DNA of 64,000 nt from Bugula neritina (taxonomy: Eukaryota > Animalia > Bryozoa). The notes under the pieces were generated by a model. It searched no databases and had not been told where the DNA came from. It worked only from the letters and a program-made list of their open reading frames with translations. The position numbers were made by a program, and so were the translations under genes. The stretch covers positions 5,240,741 to 5,304,740 of the forward strand of contig OZ037768.1 in assembly GCA_964035545.1 (NCBI GenBank), given 5' to 3'. Below are positions 15,401 to 43,219 of this stretch, one piece after another; position 1 is the first letter of the stretch, and every line of letters starts with the position of its first letter.

Positions 15401-18400
15401 CACTTTCAACATTATAAGGACCAGGTTTATGGTTTAATATTGAAAATTATAAAGTTGAATTACAGGTTTGAAATCTGTCTTTGAAATGATACAATTACAA
15501 ATATTAAACGTAAATGTAGTTACTGCACAGAATTTATAAATAACTTCCAGTTTTATAAGCTTTTTTTAGAAAACTTGATAGCAAAATGTTATAAATACTG
15601 CATCATAAAATTGGGAATAAATCCTTTTTGATCAGCTTATTCTGAAAAATGAGGTTTCATTAGAACAAAATTATTTTTATTATCTAATATTAAAAACTAG
15701 AAACATTTAATTTGAAATAAAATGTTGAAAATTGTTACCTATATAACAATTATGAAAAGCTTTAATGTCATGGAATATTAATCATCAACTGTCTTAACTC
15801 ATGTATTGCAGATTTACGTGACAGAAAATAATATATTGTGTTGCCTGTTGAACAAGAGATACAACAATCTAAATAATTTATACAGCAATCATATAAAAAC
15901 TATGATAAATAGTTATATAACTGCAAACTAAAAACATGAGCAAGCAACTTCAATTATAAAAACTTTGAATTCCCACAATGCAATAGATCAAGGGACTTTG
16001 TTTACCTTGAAGCTTGTAACAGGCCACTTCTCCTTAGAAACCAGACAGAACTTGCCGTTGCCTCCTTCGTTCTTTATGAAAAATTTACTAATTTTCATTC
16101 CTCCAACCAGACATTCTCCCAGATTGATGGTCGCAGGCACTAAAATAAAATTAGATTTATATGCAAGTTACTGGCGTTAGTAGTATTAGCAACTGACATA
16201 AAACAAGAAAAAGTATTAGTAGCTTTTATCAAAGCATTTGGAATTTTAATTTCAGTGTCATCTATTTCTATGAATAACAGAATTAAAAATATAAGATGTA
16301 CAAGAGAAGATACCAAAAAATATAAAAACTTTACAGTTGACTCACAAAATTCAAGATGCAAATTCTACAAATAGCACATCGATATATTCATAAGTTGTGT
16401 TTAATATAAAGGTTAAAACTTGCATAGATGATTTATTTATAAATTTCAACAAACAAATACATACGCGTCAGCACTGGAGGAGGTCGTTTAGCAATGACCT
16501 TGACAATGAGTGGCTCGGCAGACTGACTCTGCACGTGAATCTCATCAGAATATTCGCCGAGTGAGTCAGGCATAAACCTGACCTTGAACTGAGCGCTCAT
16601 TCCGCTAGCTACAAGACCCTGTTCACCCGGGAACTGCCCTGCATAGTATATAGTACACCATCTGAATAGCGAGACGACAAGATAGGATAACTTCTATGCA
16701 CTGCAGAAAGAGTTCCGACAAAATGCTGTAAGTCCAGTCATTTTGATATTACTAGCTGTTATTACTACACATACTACTAACTACTTCCATAATGTGCAGA
16801 TAAGGTCTACTAAAAAGAATAACAAAGTAAATTCTCTTCTATGAAACATTATATTTGCTTTAGGAATAATCTGTAATGCAATAGTAAACTCGAAATTCTC
16901 ACTGTAACTACTTTAATAACAAAATAGTGTTATGCTGAAGCTTATAACTGAGTCTTCTAGATTAAATATAATTTTAGAAAAATAAAATGAGAAATTTTAG
17001 GAGTATTCCTACCTAAACCAACGGAGAAGAAGTTCGTAGAAGTTGGAAGAACTCTAACTGGACGCAAGGAAGCACTGATATTCTTCAACACCAGCGTAGC
17101 CTCGTATACCTGACCAACCTGGTAGTTGGTAAAAGTGATCACAGAAGGAGAGGCGAGAAACACCTAAAATAAATATTTGTCATAAAATACAGGTGACATG
17201 TGAAGATAAGTGAAAACAGGTGAAATGTATAAGAATCAGTCTCATAAACAATCTAAAATTCATGAATGTCAAATTGTAAAAAAATTAATTCAGATAGAAA
17301 TATAAGTGCTTTCCATACTAACTGTCAGCCAATAACGATTCTCTATCAAATAAGCTGGACAATGGTCAATTTGCTCTGAGCTCACAAAATCACAAACAAA
17401 TATATATTCATATAAGTAGAGTAGAACTCTGTACATACCTGCACCTGAGAGATGGGTTTGGCAGACACAGGTGGCTGCTTTATGCTGATTTCTTTAGCCT
17501 GAATCTTGTCGGCTACGGTAAGCAGCTGTACCTGCGAGACGTCATGTCTTGGGTTCTTCAGGTAGTTGGTTCGACTCTGTAGCTTTGCCAAAGCAGCCTT
17601 GTCTTGTTCTCTTGCTTCAACAGCTAACTGTTCTGTCCATGTTTTCTTGCCATTCTGTTTTACATTCTTCATGGAGCCCTGATTGAAAGAATAAAAAATT
17701 AAGTGCCAAATTTCTTCCAGTCATAAAAATAGTACGTTGCAAGAAAATTGAGTAAAATAGAAAAGTAGGCATAAATTACTGAATATCAGTATATATTTTT
17801 GTTGGTATATTCTACTAGTATGGCATTTAATTATAATTTTTTTTTCATAATCTGTAATTGATATTAAATAATGAACAATTTGATATGAAAACATTGAATC
17901 ATTAGTTAAACCAAACATAATTAGTTCTAAATTAGGATAAGAAATTTATCTTTTAAAGACTAAAATAAGTGCCATAATTTACAAAGTACATTTAGTAACA
18001 TAAAATATCTGGTAACAGCTGAGATTGTGAGAGATGTTTGTATATTATATTACTTTGGCAGGATGAGTCTGGAAAGTGGCTATACTATCGTACAGCCCAC
18101 CAGCTTCAGATCCTTCTTTTATATAGTCTACACTCTCAGCATCTTCATTGTCTACATGAGCAGTATAATAAATATCAACAATACTTTATACATATTATAT
18201 AATTATAGAAACATGACATAAGCATAGATGACACCAATCTGTCACTGACAACCTAATGCAAGTTCTCTCTGTAAGTCATAAGAGGCTGTATTTAAATCCA
18301 TACTTGGCCAAACCCTTCATTAAAAAGCTCCAACTTCATATCAATTTAAAATATTGTCCAGGTTTGCTCCCTGTTCTCAATAATATAAACTATCAGTTGG

Positions 18401-20738
18401 TAAACACAAAGTCTCCAATAATAGAAGGTGGTGACAGAATAAAATAGAATCCTATAAGTTACAACATTCACTGATCTATTAAAGTTGCTAAACCCCCCCC
18501 CCCCCCCCCTTGAGGTCAGATGTGACAGACTACACAACTAAGTATGAACATTTAAATAATGCAATCATTTGAATGCTTGCTGGTCATGTGCAAAGCTGAT
18601 CTGTACAACAATGTATCAGTAATATACAATAATATATCTGTAATATACAATAATATATCTATAATATGCAATAATATATCTGTAAGAATTTTACTGAAAA
18701 TATGTAATACGTATTTAATACATATATACTATAATCTTATTTATAATCAAATTTATTTCTATGATTAGCTTACTCTTACGTGAGAGTGAATTATACATGC
18801 AATAACACTATGGAAAACTTTAGCCAAGCTTAAAGTACCTTATGCACTGTATTACCAAACAGTAACGAGGGAGATATTTTTCACTGGAATGAGAAAAAGT
18901 TGACTATAAAATTTAAGCATCTTTACAAACAATAGCTTTATTTAATATAGTTATAATAGCAGTATGCTGCAGTAGCTTGTAGAAACAAGCCTAGTAAAGT
19001 TAATATTTTAGTAAGAAAATATTTGAGTTGTAGGTAGCGCAGTATAGAGTGCTAATCAATATGCCCTTTGAGGATTACTCTGGTAATATACAGGCTCAGT
19101 GCCTTATTATAGACAAATATTTTCATTTAACAAATTAAAAGGAGTTACTTTCAATATATTCACCTGCAAATGTATAATTTTCCAATTCAGAGTAATTGTT
19201 AAGAGGCCATCTTTAAAAAAAGCTTAGGCAAAAGAAGCAACTGTTTAAAAACATTTGTGAAAGTAAAAAGTAGAATAAATAAAATTAGTTTTATGTCGTC
19301 AAAAACAAGGATCAATTGTGATGTTCATACCAAGCGTGCTGTTGAGTTGATTCACTTTACTAAGACTAAAAGAGGCTGTCATAATATCTGAATCCAACTT
19401 CTTCAAACACTGTGAGCCTCTTAATTTTTCCTTCTTTTCCTTCTTACCCTTTGATGCATGCACAAAATTTGCAGTTTCCTAAAAATCAACAACAATTTAT
19501 CTCATAAAACACATGATAATTTTATTTTGCTATATCTATAAATTGTAAATATTATGACAAAAACTGCATGAGTTACCAAATATGTGTATTGTATAATGTA
19601 TATACACAAAATGAAAAATCCCACTGTGGTAATTTTTATACTATATTATATAAAATGGCATTTAAAGAATTACATAGATACACATATATTTCGCAATACC
19701 AAGTGTTGTATCAATACAATACCTTAAGATAAGAGGGGGCTGCAGGTGGCTGGGGTTTGGGCACAGTTGGTGGCACATAGTTTGCATATCGATCAGGAGT
19801 CAGAAGATTGAACTTTTTCAACAGATCAAAGTTCAAACATGACCTGTTTAAAAAGTGTCAAGAATTACTGACTGCAAACACTGATTAACACCTAAGTAAT
19901 TTTTAAATTAGAAATAAATATAAATACAAAATACGTATTTATTATATCTACCTACTTTCCAATGCAGCTAAAAGCTATATAATGCATAATTTGTTACTAA
20001 TAAAGCACACAATAAACTATTGTTATACAAAAACAAAGTAAGGTATGATTTCAACCTGAAGTGGTTGCTGCCAGTGGGAAGGCCTAACTCTTCAAGTTGT
20101 CCAGCAGCTGTGGCTCTATGAGTGTGTCTTTCATCAGCAGAGAGGGCTTTTACTTCAGCCTCCATAATATGTTTCTCAAGCATAGAGATTTCATTCAATC
20201 TATTCTCAGTTTCAGTCAAAACCTATAAATTAAATTCAACATGTGTACAAATATAATTAAAAATAAAAACAAATAAATAATTAAAATGCTGCTACCTGCA
20301 CAGGACAGAGTAAGAATAGGTGAGGTGAAGATAAAAGAATTAAAATTAATGCATTTCTACAGTGAATATGGATCTAATATGTTAAATATAATGCTATTAT
20401 CTTATTAAAATACCTCTTGAAGACAATCTACATGTCGTTCATGATACTCATCTTCTCCGCCTCGAGTGGTGATTAAATTTTTTATAGTATCAACAGGTAT
20501 GGCATCTCTTGTGAACAAGTCACCGAATGTTCTTGTTAACACATGTCGTACATTTTGAGATCTGAATAACATTCAAGATACACATTTAAGACATTTACAG
20601 TGTACTTGACATTTAAAAACACTACATATGTCGTAATGATATATACCTAGCTGATGACGGTCTGTGGAGTCTCATTGAAGGCTCGCCTTCACCACCACCA
20701 GATGAAATAGTCCTTACAGGACTTGCAGTGTCAGCCAT
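435..20738 (-). CDS. DLEC1: Deleted in lung and esophageal cancer 1 (DLEC1/CFAP81) homolog, a motile-cilium central-apparatus protein; 36 coding exons, about 1732 aa
   Basis: Exons 5'->3' on minus: 20647-20738, 20414-20561, 20056-20222, 19723-19843, 19331-19478, 18054-18151, 17439-17678, 17013-17163, 16465-16638, 16006-16139, 15174-15357, 14394-14556, 14071-14284, 13614-13707, 13033-13172, 12499-12592, 11985-12115, 11536-11685, 11132-11277, 10052-10205, 9424-9528, 8889-9019, 8579-8782, 8152-8222, 6977-7229, 6520-6590, 6213-6347, 5487-5716, 5267-5383, 5061-5152, 4786-4939, 4003-4095, 3613-3786, 2502-2626, 1725-1874, 435-585. Total 5199 nt; all phases match; one GC donor. DLEC1-like motifs: VFLASPSVITFTNYQVGQVYE, GQFPGEQGLVASGMSAQFKVRFMPDSLGEYSDEI..RPPPVLTLP, LMLCDNC, YSDMWGTYKDDI, C-terminal GTGSFDE. 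Confidence 0.92.
14762..14833 (-). mobile_element. tRNA-derived SINE-like or degenerate tRNA fragment (family B, copy 1) in a DLEC1 intron
   Basis: Minus strand reads CCCCCGTAGTGTAATGATTAGC...GAGGTTCGGTTTCCGGTTGGGGG, with Pol III A-box-like and B-box-like motifs at tRNA spacing. Resembles 47346-47419. Confidence 0.55.
18605..18684. repeat. Short tandem repeat, about 4 x 21 bp (AATATACAATAATATATCTGT-like)
   Basis: Directly visible; it produces the repeated YNNISVI in spurious ORF 18559..18768. Confidence 0.75.
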
Positions 20739-21389
20739 TCTCAGTTACGACTACAATGTAATAAAGAACAAGATGCAGTATGTGGACGTTTCAAAATTAA
20801 TAAATTATTCAATTGAGTAAATGTTAGATGCTAAAAGAGCTGTAAAAATATTGTTCAATTAAAAAAGATAGAATAATAATGCAAATCTAATAATAGCCAT
20901 TCTTAAAAGTAAACATACTTTTAACATAAATTATAAAATAATTACATAGTTTAATATGAATACCAAAAAAACAGCATAAAATAAATAGAAGAGTTAATAA
21001 TTTAATATGCATATGATAGGAAACAAAATATTTAAACCAACGTTGAACAATAATAAAAATATCATTATAATTCATAAATATTACTTGTTTTGCAGACTTC
21101 ATAACTAGCAACTATTGTATTTTTACCAGGTCTAATACTAATAGTAATAGTAATTACGCTGGTACTGATAATGGTACTAAAAGTAAATTTATTATTACAG
21201 GAAATAATAACGATAATAAAATAAAACACAGTATACAATAAAAGCGGCTTAGGTACAACTAGTATTATGCATAAATCATGATCACAATCATAATGATATC
21301 GGTAATCATTGTATCTATCCTTGAGTACTTTTCTTTTAGTTAAAACTTTACTTCTAGTTCTACTTTCAGAAACAAAGTCAAATGCTTAC

Positions 21390-21720
21390 TCAGTTTAGGT
21401 GAGTGAATTTATCAGTGTGATGTTTGTACTACTCAAAGTGATTACTGATTTATTATTTTTGCATATTAAGTCACACTAGTGAAAATAACCTACTAAAAAT
21501 TATATTTCATAAAATACCAGCATCTCAAACTATAAAAATACTGAAACACAAAGAGATTTTGACGCAATGTAAATTTTAATGTGAATGTGCAAGTAGCCGC
21601 CTTTGAGAGCCCCGTTTCCATGGAAGTAGTGAGACTTTTTGTTATTACGAGCAAAAGAGCTGTATCTGGCGACATGGCCTTGACCTATAATGTTGCACAG
21701 TTCATGATAAAAGCCTAGAA
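21390..21720. promoter_or_regulatory. Putative bidirectional promoter for DLEC1 and PAFAH1B, with an RFX X-box-like motif
   Basis: The two ATGs (20738 minus, 22130 plus) diverge about 1.4 kb apart. A locally GC/CpG-richer patch at about 21590-21680 contains GTTTCCATGGAAGT (21614-21627; 12/14 match to the palindrome GTTTCCATGGAAAC). The DLEC1 ATG is preceded by an acceptor (about 20751), implying a non-coding first exon; a candidate minus-strand GTAAG donor lies at about 21389. Confidence 0.55.
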
Positions 21721-22129
21721 GTAGAACTAGCAGGCATTAATGATTGAAATTTTTGCTTTAATTTCATCATAACCAAAATGATAATGGAATTGTTAATAGA
21801 GCTGTAATTATTTAGCAAACAGCACAATTTTTATTTTGTATGTGATACAAGTGGATATACATTTTTTTCAAAAAAGTCAGCTTATGACAAAGTTGATATA
21901 TAGTTATACCTATATTTCTAGTTAATGTTATACAAGTGAATATTGATATTTGAAAATTTAATAAATTATCTGTTAGTTGTTACACAAACACTGACTGTAA
22001 CATTTTCACTTTGGGCTTGGCTTAGAGTTAGTCTTACTTTTACCTAGAGTTAGTTTACTCTTAGTCTTACTGTCAGACCCACTCACCCAGTTTGAGTTAC
22101 TGTTAGTATCATTAGATTAAACTATCAGT

Positions 22130-25100
22130 ATGAGTATGTCCGCCAAATCCAATGGCAACAGCAACACGGCCACTAAACCTACACCAGTCGAAGATGTGAG
22201 AGGTGATAACAACTGGATGGCAATGGTTAGTATTATTATTATCATAACGGTGTAACTATACCTAAATTTATAGGTTTAGTTTGCTGTCACTATGACTAGT
22301 CACTATAAGTATAAGTATTTCCACTTAATTTTAAAGAATATTAATAGTAATTGTAATGGTGATACTGATAGCAAAGGTAACTGTAATCACTCTTACGATA
22401 ATGGTATTATTAATATTAAATCTCAGTCTGGCCCTGGACTAATAGTGTTAGAAATACTAATGGTTAATATTATAGTAATACTTAATAAAGTGATACTGAT
22501 AATACTTAGTTACTCTTTTATCTATTGCCTATTGGTATTTGCTTATTCCCTTTCAGGAAAACCACAGTAGATTGTCTCTTCAAATTCTGCTTACTTGCAT
22601 CTTCCACCTTCAGACCTTGCTCCTTCATTTCATATTGATGTTTCACTGTTTCCATGAACCTTCTCCCGAAACGTCCTTTCTTCTTGGCAACTCCTTTTCC
22701 ATAACTCGTTCCCGTGTAATGTTCATTTCTTCTCAATACACGACCATGCCACCCGATTCTAGACATTCTCAGCTTTACTCAATCTTCTCCATGCTTGCTA
22801 TTCCTCTGATTTACTCATATCTAACCATCCTTGTCACTCCCATTGCTAGTCTAATCATTGCCAGATCCGTTAACTCTGCTCATATCTCTCAGTTAGTCTC
22901 ACTGTCTAAGTCATACATTGCTGCTAGTTAAACTGATGTACTATAGACCTTTTCCCTTCAATCTAGCCAACACACGCCTGAGACCCTCCGCTATCCACTT
23001 CAGCCTGCTTGTACTCTTCTTTTATCTCTCAACTGCAACTTCCTTCTTTCTGTACGGTAGCTCAAAAATAATTAAAGTTTTTTCACTATGTTTTTTGGCT
23101 ATGTTTCATGTATTATATTTGAAGCTCCCTCTACTTCCCCCATTCATATACTAGTCTCATTTCTCTTCTTTCTAATGCTAATCTCCGCCTCTTCAAAGTT
23201 GTATTGACCAGGTTTGTACTTTTCTCACACATAACAGTGTCATCTGCAAATAGCATGCTTAATAGAGATTTTTCCATATTTCTGGCATCTTCTTGTAAAA
23301 TTAGTTTAGTGATCTAGTCAAGTATTTCACATTCATCTTTCCAATGCATATCACATTTTCACTAGTAAGTTGTCTGGCTCCATAGCCCTGTAATTCTTCA
23401 TTAACCATAATGCTGTCCTCACCTCCTCCATTATCTCTTGGTTATTACTCAAACTTAATTAAAATAATTTATAAAAATGTAGTACAAGTAGTATTACTAT
23501 TAATTATGCTAATAATTACATTTATTTATTACTGTCTAATATTCTCTTTTATTTCGTGGAATGGTAATACTTATAGTGATACCAAATATGCAATTTTTAA
23601 ATGACAATAATCTATTGATCATGAAAATAGATCTTTATTTCAAATGTTGATGCTATTTTTTAATTTAAATTAGCCACTACTTACAATGACTACTGACTAA
23701 TAGCAGCAGGTGGGTATAATTTCTGCAAAATAAAATATCTTGACTTTTACCATCATTTTGCAGTTTAATTTCGCTCCCTTTGTAATTATAGTACCAAAGC
23801 TAAAAATTGTCAAGTGTTGAATTGTTTTACTTCGATGGATAGACAAAAATACAAGTGCTTATTTGGCGCTTAGCCATATACTCATAGTTGGTGACAACTG
23901 GAAAGGGTAGTATAGCTGTATGAGGTATTGGGGCACACTCTTACTACACGGTTTATATATTTGTAGCATCAAAGATTTGTAACAGAAGCTCAAGAGAGGG
24001 AGCCAGATGTAGTTTTAATTGGTGACTCGCTCTTTGCCAATCTCAACATCGCTAACGTAATATTTCTTTGATAGTATTCAACAAAATTTGCAGTTTGCAG
24101 TTACTTTGTGTGTTTAGTGACGTTTAAATAATGTTGGCCGTTCAATTTTTAGATATGGGATAAAATGTTCGCTCCTTTGCACTGCCTCAACTTTGGTATA
24201 GGTGGAGATCAGACACAGAATGTGTTGTGGCGGTGTGTGAATGGGGAGATGGACAACATGTCTCCTCAGGTCAGTCATCTTGACACAGCTTATTGAGAGG
24301 TTACAGATTTAGAAAGCTGGCAAAGTTATCAGATATAGAAATAATATATTAGTTTAGTGATTTCAGAGTTATAGTCAAAACCCTCTCCATTCTTATTCTA
24401 GTCACAGTCGGGTCAAATATTCTAGCATGTGGAACTATAGTTCTAGTTTTTTAGTTAATGGGCTTAGCCAAATTCTAAAATTTCAATGATTTTTAATAGC
24501 GATAAAAGCTGCTCATTATAAGCGCTAGTTCTATTAGTAATCTAAGTTTTAATTATATTATATGCTGTATTGCTATGGTTATAGATTATTTTATTTTAGA
24601 GCCCGCTAATATGATGAATTAAAATAAATATATTAATAACTTGCTAACTAATATTTGATAAAATAGATAGAGTTTATAGTGAAGATAAAATCAAAATATG
24701 CACTATAATATTATAAAGTTGTGTTGTAGGTAAAACCCACTATTCAGGTTTGAGTAGGGTTCACCTAGTTCGTTGTCTCACATACATTCAAACATCTTTT
24801 ATAAGATTTTATTGTCAAGATTTTATTGTCAACTTTATATATACTGAATTTATAGCGACAAAACTGATTCACTACCCTCAGTAGTGAATCAAAACTCCTC
24901 ACTTTGTAATCCCATGGTGCTAACTTCTGTTGGTCTAAAGATCAAACCTGAAATGTATGATTTAAGGAACAGTTTGTAAATAACTAAACTGTAAATAGGA
25001 TAATTCAGTATTTTGAAATAAACTCACCAGTTTATTTGGAAATACGTATGTTTAATTTGACAAATTGCTAAAAAGTCAATTTTAGTCTTAACAGCTGGAA

Positions 25101-26531
25101 GTTCTAATACCCGGTCATGATTTTCATAAAATTGTATAGGTAGCAGTTATTTTTATGTCACAAGAAACTGTTTTGTTGTAATAAACTTCCATAGAGGGGT
25201 AGTAAATGCTTAGTTTATGCTGAATTCTGTATTCTACAAGTAAAAGCACAATAACATATTTGTTTGTCTTGATTACATATGTACACCCTTCAACTGTATC
25301 AGTTAATATTTTTCTTCAATTAATCATAAAAATTGATCCAATGAAAATTAAGCCAAAAAAATAATTTAATGTAAATTTGTAATCAAATGGGAGAGACCCA
25401 GGCTTTTAGTTATCTTAACTCTGGCTTCTTTCTTTTCTCATGATGTCTACTATTCCGTAATGTGTTGTTCACAAATTGTGTCTAATAACTTGTTGTTGAG
25501 TTGTCTCCACTTGTATTCTCAGTACCTGGTTATTCTATTAGGTCTCTATATGCCATCACATTTTGCTTCCTTTCAGGTTATTGTGCTCTGTGTGGGAACA
25601 AATAACTATGATAACACTTCCGAAGAAACTTATGAAGGAATTATGGCAATTGTCTCCTCTATTAGGGAACGCCAGCCCTCAGCCAGCATAGTCATAGTGG
25701 TATGTGATAATCTAGACATAGTTGATCTTACATATACATGATGGTAAGATGTGAAGAAGTGATGAAGATTATATTTTTGCTATATTTTCCTATTCAATTT
25801 ATTTGTTATTATAATAAGTGCCTGTTTTTGCATATTGATGTTGAATAATGTTCATTTAAAATTAAACTTAATGAGGTAAATTTTTTACTAAAGGAACTGA
25901 ATAGGAATAATTCTTTCATGGTTTATCATTCAATAAAAAAGTGCTATGAAGTGCTGTTTTAACTGCTATGAAGAGGGAAGTGACATATTTCGTATTAAAA
26001 ACCAGTTGCTATTATTTGAAATACTTTCTTTAATTAGTTTTTTTATATAACCCCTATTTTAAAGGATTTGAAACACAATATTTCTTATTGTTTAATAAAA
26101 TGGTGTCTCAGATTTTCAATTGTTCAAACCATTTTAGATTTTGTTTCTAACACATATCGCAATAATCTTATGATACTGATATGATCTTATCGAACCTTTA
26201 GGTAGTTGTGGATCTCATTTGAATCATCTACTTATAGGGTATTCCTCCTCGAGGGAGAACTCACAACAAGCTAAGAGAAAAGATTGGGGAGATAAATCTA
26301 ATGTTAGCGAAAGGAGTAAAGGATTTAGCTAACACTCACCTGGTTGCGATAGATCCGGGGCTATTCATCAACCCATATGACAATACTATCAACCATAGAG
26401 ACATGTATGACTATTTGCATTTCACAGCAGCAGGGTATGAAAAGTTCTGCGAGCCTATTTTGGAAGAAATACAAACTCTGTTGAAGGATTTCTCAAAATC
26501 CGGAAACTTTTCAGATGAACAGCTATCTTAA
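22130..26531 (+). CDS. PAFAH1B2: Platelet-activating factor acetylhydrolase IB alpha subunit (PAFAH1B2/PAFAH1B3 homolog, SGNH hydrolase); 5 exons, about 239 aa
   Basis: Exons 22130-22225, 23967-24056, 24153-24269, 25577-25699, 26238-26531, all phase 0 and GT-AG. Translation has PTPVEDVRGDNNWMAMHQRFV, PDVVLIGDSL (catalytic Ser), LHCLNFGIGGDQTQNVLWR, VGTNN, PPRG and DMYDYLHF (catalytic Asp/His). Alpha1 versus alpha2 orthology cannot be resolved. Confidence 0.93.
22540..23330 (-). mobile_element. Decayed, 5'-truncated non-LTR retrotransposon (RTE-clade-like LINE) in PAFAH1B intron 1
   Basis: Minus-strand translations give the RT motif SMLFADDTVM (FADD at about 23239-23250), LALERR and the RTE-type C-terminus GWHGRVLRRNEHY...KKKGRFGRRFME..EDA. 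Frameshifts and stops are present; boundaries are approximate. Confidence 0.8.
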
Positions 26532-26889
26532 AAGTATTTGACTTATATAGAGGTTTACATGTGGCAGCATTTTAGAAGGATGTATTCATTTTTTTTGTAA
26601 TTAATGTATGGTGCTCAGATGTTTAAAAGCTGTTTCAGATTCAAGGCTAGTCATGACTCACAATGAATAATTCCTTGCCTCTATTTAACTTCTATCATGT
26701 ACATAGGAAAAAAATTATAAACGTAATTATCTGCTAATTTTTGAAGAATAACAATTTTTTGCAATATTTCTATGCAATATCATTTTATCATTTGCATATT
26801 TTACTGTTTACTTATTGAGTATTACTTTATATATTTTATAGTTATAAATGTGTTGGCAAATATTCTTTTAGAGTTGTGTTCTCATTTAG

Positions 26890-27250
26890 CTGGTCTTGCG
26901 GAGTAAGCAAGTAACTCTAATAGTTCATTCATAACTCCGTCGCGATAGCAACGGCGTATACTACGCTGTACGCTTGTTGGGTGCGTTTGTGATCAAAGTG
27001 CTATGCATTGTGGTAAACACGCTGGTCACGTGTTGCCTTTATACACAATCGTGCGTGTAGGTCAGGTAGTGTAGGTGCTTGGTTGGATTCAGATGCTGGC
27101 CGTGCTGGTAATGCACCTCTAGTAGATCTAGGCATTGAGCTGTTGGGGACACCCAAGATTGGTGCTCCAAATGACTGAAGGATATGAACAGTAAGAACTA
27201 GGTGTTCGTGAGTTTTGGCAGTTTCAAAGCCTCCCAAAGGAGTGAAATAG
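26890..27250 (+). promoter_or_regulatory. Putative NLK promoter or non-coding first exon (CpG-rich) with an X-box-like motif
   Basis: GC/CpG-enriched patch in AT-rich DNA, downstream of the PAFAH1B 3' end. It contains GTCGCGATAGCAAC at 26939-26952 and ends at a GTAAGT donor (about 27250). Candidate acceptors lie before the NLK ATG (28318, 28390). Confidence 0.45.
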
Positions 27251-28415
27251 TAAGTGTCCACTAGTCAACTTCTTATTCTTAATACTTATACTTATAGTTA
27301 TAAAGTTATATTTATAATAGTAATTATTAAACGACCTATAGTTATACTTGTATTTGTAAGAGTAGTGGCACTGAATAATGAGTAGTTATATTATATTTAT
27401 ATTAATATTTTATTTTTTAGTAACGATTCAGTTTCATAGTAAAGAACACAAAATAGCCATTATTTCAGTTAAACTTAAATCTTTAACGTTCACCCTGGCC
27501 CTGTTATTTTTATTTTAAGTATGACATTATTATTACAGCAACTGTTGCACATTGTGATTGTAAGTACCAGTTGCTGTGGGTAAATCGCGGTAAACTACTA
27601 AATAAAAGTGTATGCCACCTTATCGCACAAACTGGTGTTTGCAGTACTACTTGAAGTTACAGTGCAGGTGCATATGGGTTATTCAACTATTGTGTGCATA
27701 CTGGTCACGTAGACGTGATTGTTTGTAGTTGAAGTTTTAACATTTAAACTAGTCTTTCCCTCACTCTGACCATTCAATTCAATACATGGTAGCTACTGAG
27801 TGTTGACCTAGGCTATATTTAGCTTAATATAATGCTCCAATTCGTGATTTAACTGATATTCTGATTAGTAATTCCATTAAACCATTTCAGTAAAGGTTGC
27901 AATTGCTATTAAAGCCGCACCTATACCTACCTGAAAATGTTTTTTAATATCAGAGCCACTAGTAAAGCTCACCTTGTATCAGTATTTAAGTTACAGCATT
28001 GATTTAAATATATCTCCACATTAATTATCCATGTACACTCCTTAATCTTACTCTCTCCTAGCAAGATATTTTAGCTAGCTGGTTATAGCTACTTGTATTC
28101 ACTGCCATATTGAAGATTATCATCTGGGACTGGCATTTTTCTTTAAGCTGCTATAATAACTTGCTAATATCCAACCTTTACATTCGCCTGAATCTAATTT
28201 ATAGATATTAAAGTAGTGGATCAAGCTTGCTTATAGATTAGGATGCTATCAAGCATCAATAGCTTCTAATTATCACGTATCTCCTATTATACGTATTGCA
28301 ACACCAACTCTCTTGCAGAAGTGCAACGTACATCGGCACGAGCTGTTATAACCGCTTAGATTTTTACCATTTTAGGACATTTTTAATTAGGTGAAGTCAG
28401 GATAACGGTAGCCTC

Positions 28416-43219
<14,804 letters not shown>

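Noticed and set aside
22539-23154. Plus-strand ORFs of 130 aa and 78 aa
   Set aside because: They are antisense shadows of the decayed RTE-like LINE.
27001-27261. 86-aa minus-strand ORF
   Set aside because: Lies in the GC-rich putative NLK 5' region where stops are scarce; no recognisable homology.
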